DNA from: Sphingomonadales bacterium
Lineage (GTDB): Bacteria > Pseudomonadota > Alphaproteobacteria > Sphingomonadales > Kordiimonadaceae
Direction of reading: 5' to 3'
Assembly: GCA_011088215.1 (NCBI GenBank)
Contig: JAALKD010000003.1
Coordinates: 29,763-93,762 of the forward strand
DNA: 64,000 nt
Part shown: positions 41,010-49,767 of the stretch, piece by piece
How the letters are laid out: each line of letters begins with the position of its first letter
Numbering within the stretch: position 1 is the stretch's first letter
Made by a program: the position numbers and the translations under genes
Notes under the pieces: generated by a model
Database searches by the model: none
What the model saw: only the letters and a program-made list of their open reading frames with translations
What the model was told of the DNA's origin: nothing

Positions 41010-41803
41010 GCGTCCAACCATTCTCTTATCCTCCCGGCAACAGTTTTTGCATCTACATCAAACAAATCGCCGCTCAGGTCTGGCCATTCCTGAAGCGTGG
41101 CATTTTGAAACAGTGGTGCCGCTTTACGGCTGCTTGCGGCCAGCATTTCATCCGGTATGGGAATAAGAACCGGATGAGACAACGACGGTAAAACCACGTC
41201 CGGATCAAATTTGAACACGGCAGCAAAGCCCCGGTTCATGCCGTCCGCGCCCGGGCGTAAACTTTCCGCAAACAATGCCAAAAATTGGTCGTCTGACTGC
41301 TTTCCCTGCGCTTTCAGACCCATGTCCCAGCGTTTCAGGATATAGCCCTCTTCGGTAAAGTAAGGCCGCGTTTTAGAAAACATCTCTAGTCGAGCTGCTC
41401 GATCTTCTACTGCCACATAAGGAATGCCCGGCAAAACCAGTTTCCGCACCCGTTCAGGGGCAAGGTGTGCGACCGCAGCGGCGACAAACGAGCCAGTGTG
41501 AAAGCCCATCAAATCTACAGTTTCCAGCTCCAGTGCATCCAGCATCTCAACCATAACTGCCGCGTAGCCTTCCATAGTCGAATCGCTGTCTAACGCGTCC
41601 GAGCCACCGTATCCCGGCGTATCCGGGCAAACCACCAATCGATCCGTTGCCATTTCAGGGGCAAAGCTATTGTAGCAAAGCCCAGAGTATGGGCTCATGT
41701 GAAAACAGACCAACGGAGTCGGGCCACACTGTTTATCGCCAGCAACCCTCAGATGAAGCTGGCCTGTCGAGCAATCGATATATTTTCTGGTCATGCTAGT
41801 CAT
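41006..41803 (-). CDS. Alpha/beta-hydrolase-fold protein with GFHTG elbow
   Basis: PLVCFHMSP, PDTPGYGGSD, MGFHTGS; no Ser, Asp or Cys at the nucleophile position. Confidence 0.82.
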   Translation of the reverse strand: MTSMTRKYIDCSTGQLHLRVAGDKQCGPTPLVCFHMSPYSGLCYNSFAPEMATDRLVVCPDTPGYGGSDALDSDSTMEGYAAVMVEMLDALELETVDLMGFHTGSFVAAAVAHLAPERVRKLVLPGIPYVAVEDRAARLEMFSKTRPYFTEEGYILKRWDMGLKAQGKQSDDQFLALFAESLRPGADGMNRGFAAVFKFDPDVVLPSLSHPVLIPIPDEMLAASSRKAAPLFQNATLQEWPDLSGDLFDVDAKTVAGRIREWLDA

Positions 41804-41815
41804 TCGTCACTCCAG

Positions 41816-42349
41816 TTAATCATCAAGTTTGTAAATCACGATCAGGTGGCCGTCATGATCGAGAAAACCTTGCTGACGGCCTTTTCGGCCATCCCTCGTT
41901 TCAAGACGGTTTACAGAAAAAACTTCTAAACCTTCGTCGCGCGCCTGCGCGATTACATCGTCAAAGTCGACTACATCCAGAACGATCGCTGCGCGGTACG
42001 GCAAAGACGCTGGTCGCATCTCCACGCCTTTAACTTCAGTTAAACCCATGACCCGTGGTTGTGTAGCGGAGCTAAGCGTGGCCGCACGAATTTTCGCGCC
42101 GCTATCAACGCCGAAAACTTCATACCCGTAATCTCCCTCTTCAAGTTCGTTGAGGCTGACAACTTTCAGGCCCAAGATACCCTGATAAACCCGTAAAGCA
42201 CGATCCAGGTCGCTAACCACATAATTGGCGCGCTGAAGCCTTACGCCCGGAGCCGCATTTTCTTCCGTCTCTTTTTGAAAAGGCAAAGCTGTTGCCGGAA
42301 ACAGCACAAAGAAGAGCAATAAAATTATCGAACTGCGCAAAGGTTTCAT
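41816..42349 (-). CDS. VOC-family protein with probable signal peptide
   Basis: RANYVVSDLDRALRVYQGILGL and FLDHDGHLIVIY; N-terminus MKPLRSSIILLLFFVLFPATA. Confidence 0.78.
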   Translation of the reverse strand: MKPLRSSIILLLFFVLFPATALPFQKETEENAAPGVRLQRANYVVSDLDRALRVYQGILGLKVVSLNELEEGDYGYEVFGVDSGAKIRAATLSSATQPRVMGLTEVKGVEMRPASLPYRAAIVLDVVDFDDVIAQARDEGLEVFSVNRLETRDGRKGRQQGFLDHDGHLIVIYKLDD

Positions 42350-42404
42350 CACAGACCGTGCTCGTTGAATAAATGCAAAATTGCAGGAGAGGCACAAGTA
42401 AAAA

Positions 42405-42872
42405 TCATTTGGGATGTTCAAGGATTAAATAAATCACGATTAGATTGCCATCATAATCCAAAAACCCTAGCTCCCTTCCTTTGCGGCCGTCTTTTGTCTC
42501 CAGACTGCCCTCTTTAAAAACGGTAAGCCCGGCTTCTTTGGCTCGGTTCATCACGCCGTCAAAATCTGTGCATTCAAGCACAATTGCTGACCGACTTGGG
42601 AGCGGCACATCATCAAGCTCGACACCCTTCAGTTCAGTGAGTGCCATGACATTTGGTTGCTCAGGCGTGCCCAGTACCGCAAAACGCATTTTCGCGGCGC
42701 GGTCAATCTGAAACACCTCATAGGAATAGCTGTCTTCCGCCGATTCTTTGATGAAAACAACATCAAGGCCCAGCACATCACGGTAGACCGGTATCGCCCG
42801 GTCCAGGTCGCGCACAACATAGTTGGATCGCTGGAATCGTACGGGTGGTTTTTCAGAGATTGATTGGGCCAT
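42405..42872 (-). CDS. VOC-family protein (paralog of 41816-42349, no signal peptide)
   Basis: RSNYVVRDLDRAIPVYRDVLGL and FLDYDGNLIVIY. SD AAGGA before ATG 42872. Confidence 0.82.
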   Translation of the reverse strand: MAQSISEKPPVRFQRSNYVVRDLDRAIPVYRDVLGLDVVFIKESAEDSYSYEVFQIDRAAKMRFAVLGTPEQPNVMALTELKGVELDDVPLPSRSAIVLECTDFDGVMNRAKEAGLTVFKEGSLETKDGRKGRELGFLDYDGNLIVIYLILEHPK

Positions 42873-42884
42873 TGCATTTCCTTT

Positions 42885-42910
42885 TGTTATATAGATATAC
42901 TTATATAACA
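42885..42910. promoter_or_regulatory. Inverted repeat in the divergent VOC promoter
   Basis: TGTTATATA-N8-TATATAACA inside a 66-bp divergent spacer; half-sites resemble the TGWTATA motif. Confidence 0.55.
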
Positions 42911-42938
42911 TTTAGGTACGCCGAGTAAAGAAACCGAT

Positions 42939-43430
42939 ATGGAAAAACCTGACCTACATTTGCTAGACAGTCCGCTTTTGAAGCGAACCACAATCCGGGT
43001 GCGCGATATGGACAAAGCCGTCGCTTTTTATGAGCGTGTGATTGGTATGAAGAAATACTATGATAATGAAGTTTTACTGGATCGCCACTTTTTACCCGGC
43101 GAAAAACCCGGCGACAAAATCCATTTGGTCATCATGCAGGGCAGCGACCCCGTGATCGGTATGGTTGGCTTACTCAAGTGGCTTGAACCCCAGCAAACGC
43201 CGCCACCGGTTTCATACGACTTTGAATTTGGCCAGCCGGTATTTGTTGTGCAAACGCCGGATGCTCAAGCCCTATATGCAAAAGCCAAAGAATCGGGCTG
43301 CAAAATAACTTCTGCACTTACGGAAACTGAATATCCAGCCGCAAATGGCGGCACAGTCAAAGTTCGCTCGGTCGGACTTTTTGACCCCGACGGCCATTTT
43401 TTTGAATGTAACCAACGGTTGGCCTGTTAA
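42939..43430 (+). CDS. VOC-family protein
   Basis: KRTTIRVRDMDKAVAFYERVIGM and FDPDGHFFECNQ. Confidence 0.85.
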   Translation: MEKPDLHLLDSPLLKRTTIRVRDMDKAVAFYERVIGMKKYYDNEVLLDRHFLPGEKPGDKIHLVIMQGSDPVIGMVGLLKWLEPQQTPPPVSYDFEFGQPVFVVQTPDAQALYAKAKESGCKITSALTETEYPAANGGTVKVRSVGLFDPDGHFFECNQRLAC

Positions 43431-43460
43431 CACCAACTATAATTTTTTGAAGGATCCCCA

Positions 43461-43925
43461 ATGACCGCAATGATCAAACGCACCACACTTAAAGTGCGCG
43501 ACATGGAAAAATCAATCGCCTTTTATGAAGGCGTTATTGGTATGTCCAAATATTATGACAATGAAATTACCCTGACTGGCAACTTACTGCCCGGCGGCGG
43601 CAAAGGCGATGTTACTCGCCTTGTCATCATGCAGGGCGAAGATCCTGTTATTGGCATGATAGGGTTGTTGGAATGGCTTAGCCCCAAGCCGGATGCGCCG
43701 GAAATTCCCTATGATTTTGATTTTGGCAACCCAGTGTTTGTTGCAGCAGTGGACGACGCCGAAGAGGCCTACGCCAAAGCACAAGCCCTGAACTGTGTTA
43801 TTCGTGCGCCCCTCAGCGAAGGTGAGTATCCGGGAGCCAACGGTGGTATTGTCAAAGTTCGTTCCGTAGGCGTTTTTGACCCCGACGGTCATTTTTTCGA
43901 ACTGAACCAACGACTGGAAGGCTAG
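43461..43925 (+). CDS. VOC-family protein (tandem paralog of 42939-43430)
   Basis: KRTTLKVRDMEKSIAFYEGVIGM and FDPDGHFFELNQ. Confidence 0.85.
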   Translation: MTAMIKRTTLKVRDMEKSIAFYEGVIGMSKYYDNEITLTGNLLPGGGKGDVTRLVIMQGEDPVIGMIGLLEWLSPKPDAPEIPYDFDFGNPVFVAAVDDAEEAYAKAQALNCVIRAPLSEGEYPGANGGIVKVRSVGVFDPDGHFFELNQRLEG

Positions 43926-43930
43926 GTCGA

Positions 43931-45295
43931 CTAGTCGATAAACTTCGCTAGTTCCGAACGGTAAGCCCTGCCAATAAAACCGGAAAACAACAGAATCGTG
44001 CCGCTATATAAAAGCGGCACCAACGACATGGAGTATCGGATTAGGCTTTCGTCACCGAACAGAAAGTCCGTGAAGAGTGGTACAACGGAAGGTCCTATTA
44101 GCAGCCCTGTCATGCTGATGAACATATAGTATAGAGCAACAGCCTGCCCGCGCAGTTCACTGGGTAAAATCGCCAGCAACGCGGTGATGCCCCCAGCGGT
44201 TACCATGGTAAAGCCGACATTGGCGAACTGCGATATGATAAAGGCAGTCCAGACATCCGGCATAAGCGGGAAGATCACACTTGAAACCACGAGCACGCCC
44301 AGCCCGGCCTGTGTAATGACAAACGGCATGTCATGCCGCCCCTTCTGATTGAAATGATCAATCACCCACCCCCAAAACAGGATGGAAGTTGGCGCCAAAA
44401 TTAGAAGGACCGAACCATTATAATTGCTGAAGGTTGACGCGCTCCAACCCCACGTGCGTTCAAACAACGGAGGCAACCACATGCTGGTATAGGCTATTGC
44501 AGTCATACCAGACACCATTACCGTAATACCCAGCAGGGGCAGTTTATGCCCCCAAATATAGCCAAGTGTTTGCCTAAATGTTGCAGCGCCTTTACCGCCG
44601 GTGGCAGAAAGCTTGGTTTGTTTGCGCGGGGGTTCTTTGACTGTTAAAAACACAAGGCCCAAAAGAATACCGGGAAAGCCAACCGCCAGGAACACAACCT
44701 GCCAGGGTTTGTCTACGCCGATAAATGCGAGATACGACAGGTCTGCCGTTTCGGCATAATCGAGGATGGCACCAACAACGAGATAGGCTATCGCCGAACC
44801 GACCCCCAACGCCATGGAATAGAAGGCGATTGCCTTTGCCCGTCGTTCAGGCGCAAACAGATCAGAGATTAGTGACATCGCGCTGGGGCTGAGAGCAGCC
44901 TCTCCGAAACCAACGGCCATGCGCGCCACAAACAGTTGGGCAAATCCGCGAGCAATTCCTGTTGCCATCGTCGCGACAGACCAGAGAATGGCACCCAGTG
45001 CAACAATGAATTTGCGTGGTTTACGGTCCACCAACCAGCCAAGCGGGATACCCATCGTCGCATAAAAAATGGCAAACGCCGCGCCGCCAAGCAACCCCAT
45101 ATTGGTATCAGACAGTCCCAGGTCTGCTTTCATTGGTTCCAAAACCAACCCAAGCACGATCCGGTCAATATAGGAGAAAATATAAGCGACTGTAAGCAAG
45201 ACAACCACATACCAACCGTAGCTTTCGCTAAGGTGCTCCCCTTTATCCGGACCACTAGGCGACTGTGCTTCGTTTGATTTTGGTGCGTCTGTCAT
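43931..45295 (-). CDS. MFS transporter (spinster-like)
   Basis: YIFSYIDRIVLG, GWLVDRKPRK, ARMAVGFGEAALSP. SD GGGGAG before ATG 45295. Confidence 0.9.
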   Translation of the reverse strand: MTDAPKSNEAQSPSGPDKGEHLSESYGWYVVVLLTVAYIFSYIDRIVLGLVLEPMKADLGLSDTNMGLLGGAAFAIFYATMGIPLGWLVDRKPRKFIVALGAILWSVATMATGIARGFAQLFVARMAVGFGEAALSPSAMSLISDLFAPERRAKAIAFYSMALGVGSAIAYLVVGAILDYAETADLSYLAFIGVDKPWQVVFLAVGFPGILLGLVFLTVKEPPRKQTKLSATGGKGAATFRQTLGYIWGHKLPLLGITVMVSGMTAIAYTSMWLPPLFERTWGWSASTFSNYNGSVLLILAPTSILFWGWVIDHFNQKGRHDMPFVITQAGLGVLVVSSVIFPLMPDVWTAFIISQFANVGFTMVTAGGITALLAILPSELRGQAVALYYMFISMTGLLIGPSVVPLFTDFLFGDESLIRYSMSLVPLLYSGTILLFSGFIGRAYRSELAKFID

Positions 45296-45455
45296 GAGCC
45301 ATTCTCCCCGCTGTGACCAGACGGTCACTTACTCGATTCGTCAATTGTTATATCTTTATCACAACTTTTACCAGTTCATTGACGTGTATCAATGCAGGAA
45401 GCGAGTTCATTTCTGACTATGCTGGCGAGAAAAGCTCGTACGCAGGGAGAGAGCA

Positions 45456-46175
45456 ATGGACACCTATTTTAATTTTCTTGGCATGGAGATCCCGCTGCAC
45501 GATGTGCTCCGGTGGGTGCATATTATTCTAGCCGCCTATTGGCTGGGCGGGGAATGGGGTGTGTTTAACGCATCCAAATTTGTCGCGGACCGCACCCTCA
45601 CGCTGGAGGAGAGACGACGCCACATGAAGACAGCTGTGATGATAGATATTTTGCCGCGTTCAGCCATCATTTGGCTGCTGCCAGTTGGTTTTCACATGTC
45701 TGATAACTTGGGGCTCTCACCGGTAAGCGGCATATGGGTAACGGTTGCCTGGGTTGTAACAGCCGCCTGGTGGTGGTTCCTGATTTGGGGGGCTTTCAAA
45801 AATGCAGGAACCGATACATATGTTCGCCTAACCGAAATTGATAATAAGATCAGATGGGTGCTTATTCCGTCACTGATCTTCGCGGGTGCATATACGATGG
45901 TAACAGGTAATGTCCTGTTTACCGGCGAGGAAGCCGGGCAATATTGGTTCAGCTTTAAGCTAACCTTCTTTGGATTCATCCTGATCATTGGCCTGTATCT
46001 GCGCTATGTAATGACCGACTGGGTTGGCGCCTTCAAGACGTTGGAACAAGACGGACCAAATGACGAGGTCGAGGATCATATTTCCGGCACCCTTAGCCAA
46101 GCCAAAAAGATCGCTTATCTATATTGGATCAGCATCGGCACTATGGCGTTTGTTGGAGTGACGAAGGCTTTCTGA
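45456..46175 (+). CDS. Integral membrane protein of unknown function (about 5-6 TM)
   Basis: 239 aa with hydrophobic helices, WVHIILAAYWLGG in the first helix, SD GGGAGAG and its own terminator. Confidence 0.8.
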   Translation: MDTYFNFLGMEIPLHDVLRWVHIILAAYWLGGEWGVFNASKFVADRTLTLEERRRHMKTAVMIDILPRSAIIWLLPVGFHMSDNLGLSPVSGIWVTVAWVVTAAWWWFLIWGAFKNAGTDTYVRLTEIDNKIRWVLIPSLIFAGAYTMVTGNVLFTGEEAGQYWFSFKLTFFGFILIIGLYLRYVMTDWVGAFKTLEQDGPNDEVEDHISGTLSQAKKIAYLYWISIGTMAFVGVTKAF

Positions 46176-46196
46176 TACTCCCCTTTATGTCAGAAC

Positions 46197-46228
46197 AAAA
46201 AAGGCGGGTATCATGTGCCCGCCTTTTT
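46197..46228 (+). terminator. Intrinsic terminator
   Basis: AAAAAAGGCGGGTA-TCATG-TGCCCGCCTTTTT, 21 bp after the stop. Confidence 0.85.
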
Positions 46229-46245
46229 CCTACCATCACTAAATC

Positions 46246-46329
46246 ACGGGTTTTGATTCTGAAAACACCAGGTTTGATTCTGATTTTAGGCGGTTTGTCT
46301 CCGATTTTGGCCAGTTGGGTTTAGATTTT
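46246..46329. repeat. Four imperfect 21-bp tandem repeats
   Basis: ACGGGTTTTGATTCTGAAAAC / ACCAGGTTTGATTCTGATTTT / AGGCGGTTTGTCTCCGATTTT / GGCCAGTTGGGTTTAGATTTT. Confidence 0.7.
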
Positions 46330-46419
46330 TGTGCCTTAATGTCTCAAATTTGGACGAACGCTGCCCGGACATACCCAAAATTCCAACAAATTGACTGCAT
46401 TCAATCAGAAATAATTGAT

Positions 46420-46439
46420 TATATTGATATATCAATATA
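46420..46439. promoter_or_regulatory. Perfect 20-bp palindrome, candidate GntR/HutC-type operator
   Basis: TATATTGATATATCAATATA, 35 bp upstream of the DUF1838-leuCD operon. Confidence 0.8.
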
Positions 46440-46474
46440 TTATTTAAGAGAACTTAGCAGAGAGGAGACATCAG

Positions 46475-47404
46475 ATGATGATGTGTAAAATAAAATCAGG
46501 GCAATCAGTTCTGAAACGCGCGGCAGCGGCCACAATTGGTACGCTCTTGATTAGCGCGACAGCGGGGGCTGCACCAATTGACCTGAATACGCCGGAAGGC
46601 GCAACCATGGCCAACCGCAAAATTCAATGTTCAACCGAAGATAACAAGCCTGTTCTCTATACATGGGAAGGCGCTGTTTTTTCTCGCCGCATGGGCGAGT
46701 CAGACAAACGCATGTTCAAAACTGTCGGCATGAACATTCGCGCCTGCGTAACCGTGGACGGCGGCAAAAAAGGTGTGGGTTACCGTTTGGTAACTCGCGA
46801 AATCCTATTGTATCTGGACCCAAAAACCGGTGAAGCGCTTGAAACCTGGGACAATCCCTGGACCAACACCACCGTCAATGTATTGCATGTTGCAAACGAC
46901 CCAGTTAATCAGCGCGCCAGCTTCCCCTACGATGATGAAGGCAAACCTCGTGCCCGTTGGTTTGGTCGAAACCAGAACGATACCTGGTTCCTAACCGCTC
47001 CGGTGCCCCTATTTTACCACAATGAGTTGGGCGGCGAATACCAGCCCTATGTTGGCGGTGCATACCACGCGACCGAGCTATTTAACTTTATAGGTGACCT
47101 GGACAGTCTGACCAGTGAAGACACCGACACAGCTGAGACTACAGTTGGTTGGGTGCGCATCTCTGACTGGTTGCCTTGGATGGAAATGCAAGGCCGGGAG
47201 GGTATTATATATATCCACGCCGCAGGTCAAAAAGTTGATTCGTTTGACGACATGCCAGATGTCATGAAACGATATATTGCCGAGAAAGAGCCAGACTATG
47301 TTAGACCTCCTCCCGGCGATGATGATCGCCCCAATGAGACCAGCTGGACCTATTTCAAGAAAAAGCTGAAAGGTGGCAAACTGCCACGCGGCGGCCACAA
47401 CTAA
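46475..47404 (+). CDS. DUF1838-like protein with signal peptide
   Basis: KRAAAATIGTLLISATAGA signal peptide; YLDPKTGE..ETWDNPWT..TVNVLHVANDPVN and WVRISDWLPWMEM. Family recalled from memory. Confidence 0.7.
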   Translation: MMMCKIKSGQSVLKRAAAATIGTLLISATAGAAPIDLNTPEGATMANRKIQCSTEDNKPVLYTWEGAVFSRRMGESDKRMFKTVGMNIRACVTVDGGKKGVGYRLVTREILLYLDPKTGEALETWDNPWTNTTVNVLHVANDPVNQRASFPYDDEGKPRARWFGRNQNDTWFLTAPVPLFYHNELGGEYQPYVGGAYHATELFNFIGDLDSLTSEDTDTAETTVGWVRISDWLPWMEMQGREGIIYIHAAGQKVDSFDDMPDVMKRYIAEKEPDYVRPPPGDDDRPNETSWTYFKKKLKGGKLPRGGHN

Positions 47405-47427
47405 CCGTCTGGAGCTACACCAACACT

Positions 47428-48819
47428 ATGCCAAAAACGCTGTTTGATAAGCTATGGGACGCGCATGTTGTTGGCGATCTCGGCGACGGCAATGCACTCC
47501 TGTATATCGACCGGATATTCTTACATGAACGTACCGGCAGCGTTGCTCTAAAAAGCCTGGAGGAAGGCGGACGCAAAGTCCGCTTTCCAGCCCATGTTTT
47601 CGGTGTTATGGACCATATCGTCGACACCCAAATTGGGCGTACCGACACCACTCAAATGCCTAGCGGAAAGCAGTTTATTTCGGCAATGCGTAGTGGCTGC
47701 AATTGGGCGGGCATCCGGCTATTTGATATCAATGACCCTGATCAGGGCATCGTTCACGTAATTTCACCTGAAAAGGGTATCGTCCTGCCTGGCCTTTCGC
47801 TTGTTTGCCCTGACAGCCACACCTGTTCACAAGGCGCTTTCGGCGCACTGGCATGGGGCATCGGCTCCTCTGAGGCGGAACATGCTCTCGCCACAAACAC
47901 GCTCAGAGCCGCCAAGCCAAAGGCCTTGCGCATAACCATCAACGGTGACACCGACAACAATGTCACCGCAAAGGATATTATCCTGGCCGTGATTGCCAAA
48001 ATCGGCACAAACGGTGCTGCGGGATATGCAATAGAATTCACCGGCAGCGCGGTTGATGCCATGGATATGGAAGCGCGCATGACCCTGTGTAACATGGCCG
48101 TTGAGCTGTCTGCCTTCACCGCCATAATCGCCCCCGACGCGACAACAGTGTCCTATTTGAAAAACAAGGAATACGCGCCTAAAGGTGCTATGTGGGAGCA
48201 AGCAAAGGCTGACTGGAAAACACTTAAAAGCGACCCGTCGGCACTCTTTAGCCAGACAATAGAGATTAATGCGTCAGACATCAAAACCATGGTTTCCTGG
48301 GGCACCAGTCCAGAACAGTCTGTGACTGCCACCTCCCGTGTTCCGACGCCGCAGTCCAAAGACGACGAACAAGCTTTGATCTACATGGACCTTGTACCCG
48401 AAATCCGGCTTTCGGACATTAAGATAGATGCCGCCTTCATCGGATCCTGCACTAACGGACGCCTTTCAGACCTCCGCGCGGCAGCCGCTATTTTAAAAAA
48501 CAACCACATCAAAGAGAATATAACAGCCATCTGTGTGCCAGGCTCCATGGCGGTGAAAATGGCGGCGGAGGCTGAGGGGCTCGATAAAATATTTACAGAA
48601 GCCGGTTTTGAGTGGCGATTGCCCGGCTGCTCCATGTGTTTTTATGCGGGCGGAGAAAGCTTCGGCCCAAATGCTCGCGTGATATCGACGACAAACCGAA
48701 ATTTTGAGAACCGGCAAGGACCCGGTACACGCACCCATATCGCAAGCCCGGCAACGGTGGCCGCGTCGGCGATCAATGGTAAAATCTGCGGGCCAAATGA
48801 ACTAGAGACTGGACGATGA
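47428..48819 (+). CDS. leuC: LeuC-like aconitase-family dehydratase/hydratase, large subunit
   Basis: KTLFDKLWDAH, CPDSHT, [4Fe-4S] Cys motifs GSCTNGR and GCSMC, STTNRNFENRQG. HERTGSVAL replaces the canonical HEVTSPQAF. Confidence 0.92.
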   Translation: MPKTLFDKLWDAHVVGDLGDGNALLYIDRIFLHERTGSVALKSLEEGGRKVRFPAHVFGVMDHIVDTQIGRTDTTQMPSGKQFISAMRSGCNWAGIRLFDINDPDQGIVHVISPEKGIVLPGLSLVCPDSHTCSQGAFGALAWGIGSSEAEHALATNTLRAAKPKALRITINGDTDNNVTAKDIILAVIAKIGTNGAAGYAIEFTGSAVDAMDMEARMTLCNMAVELSAFTAIIAPDATTVSYLKNKEYAPKGAMWEQAKADWKTLKSDPSALFSQTIEINASDIKTMVSWGTSPEQSVTATSRVPTPQSKDDEQALIYMDLVPEIRLSDIKIDAAFIGSCTNGRLSDLRAAAAILKNNHIKENITAICVPGSMAVKMAAEAEGLDKIFTEAGFEWRLPGCSMCFYAGGESFGPNARVISTTNRNFENRQGPGTRTHIASPATVAASAINGKICGPNELETGR

Positions 48820-49421
48820 AATCTGTAAATGTCATCCGAGGCGTTGCCGCCCCCATGTTTGAAGCCAACGTCGATACCGATGTGATCATTCCGTCTCGCG
48901 AAATGAAACAAGTGTCGAAAACCGGCCTGTCAAAGGGGCTGTTTGCCGGTCGCCGTTACATGAACTTCGAGACGCGAGAAATCAACCCGTCGTTTGTCTT
49001 AAATCAACCTGAATTTTCTTCCGCCGTCATTTTGCTGACAGATCAGAATTTCGGCTGCGGCTCCTCTCGCGAACATGCGGTATGGGCGTTGTTGGAGTAT
49101 GGCATCCAAGCCATCATTGCGCCCTCATTTGGCTCAATTTTCTACAAAAATTGCATTAATAATGGGCTTCTGCCGGCGACTATGGACCGAAGTACTGTTA
49201 TGAACCTTGTCAAACAATCAGGCAGTGAGTTTGCAATCAGCCTCAGCAACCAGACAATCACAGTCGCAGGGCAATTCTCGGTGACGTTTGACATAAACGA
49301 GAGCGACAAAAAACTCTTGATGGCGGGCCTTGATCCGATAGACCAAGCGCTGACATATAGTAAAGAGATTGAAGCTTTCGAAACAGCCAGGCAAACCAGC
49401 CACCCTTGGCTTGTGCTTTAA
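48816..49421 (+). CDS. leuD: LeuD-like small subunit
   Basis: NVDTDVIIP, NFGCGSSREHAVWAL, SFGSIFYKNCINNGLLP; ATGA overlap with leuC. Confidence 0.92.
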   Translation: MKSVNVIRGVAAPMFEANVDTDVIIPSREMKQVSKTGLSKGLFAGRRYMNFETREINPSFVLNQPEFSSAVILLTDQNFGCGSSREHAVWALLEYGIQAIIAPSFGSIFYKNCINNGLLPATMDRSTVMNLVKQSGSEFAISLSNQTITVAGQFSVTFDINESDKKLLMAGLDPIDQALTYSKEIEAFETARQTSHPWLVL

Positions 49422-49423
49422 GT

Positions 49424-49759
49424 TCAATAGGACTTGCCACCAACTGCGTCGCCGAGCGCACCTCTGAATAATTGAAATTCAATTTTCTCCCAGATACCCG
49501 CGTTAAAATAGGGGTCAGCTTCCAAAATAGCCCGGGCTTCATCTTGGTCGTCTGTCTTATAAATCAGCAGTGAGCCAATCACCGTCTTTTTGTCGTCCCC
49601 AAAAATGGGCCCGGCGATCAAAACTTTGTCGAGAATGGTTTCAACATACTGCAAATGCCCATCCAAAAATTCTGCCCGTGCCTTAACTGCCGCTTCGCCG
49701 GGCGCATCGCTACATTTGGCCATCACAAATAGTTTGCGGTTTTCATTACTGATCGGCAT
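49424..49759 (-). CDS. YciI-family protein
   Basis: RAEFLDGHLQY, LIAGP, GSLLIY, ARAILEADPYF. Confidence 0.88.
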   Translation of the reverse strand: MPISNENRKLFVMAKCSDAPGEAAVKARAEFLDGHLQYVETILDKVLIAGPIFGDDKKTVIGSLLIYKTDDQDEARAILEADPYFNAGIWEKIEFQLFRGALGDAVGGKSY

Positions 49760-49767
49760 AGGGCCTC

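Noticed and set aside
43927-43938. Perfect 12-bp palindrome TCGACTAGTCGA at a convergent junction
   Set aside because: Partly generated by two opposing TAG stops; a single occurrence is consistent with chance.
46124-46324. 66-aa ORF spanning the 21-bp repeats
   Set aside because: Overlaps the upstream gene out of frame and runs through an intrinsic terminator.
47428-49421. Housekeeping leucine biosynthesis operon
   Set aside because: No leuA, leuB or attenuator; divergent substrate motif; co-transcribed with a secreted DUF under a catabolic operator.
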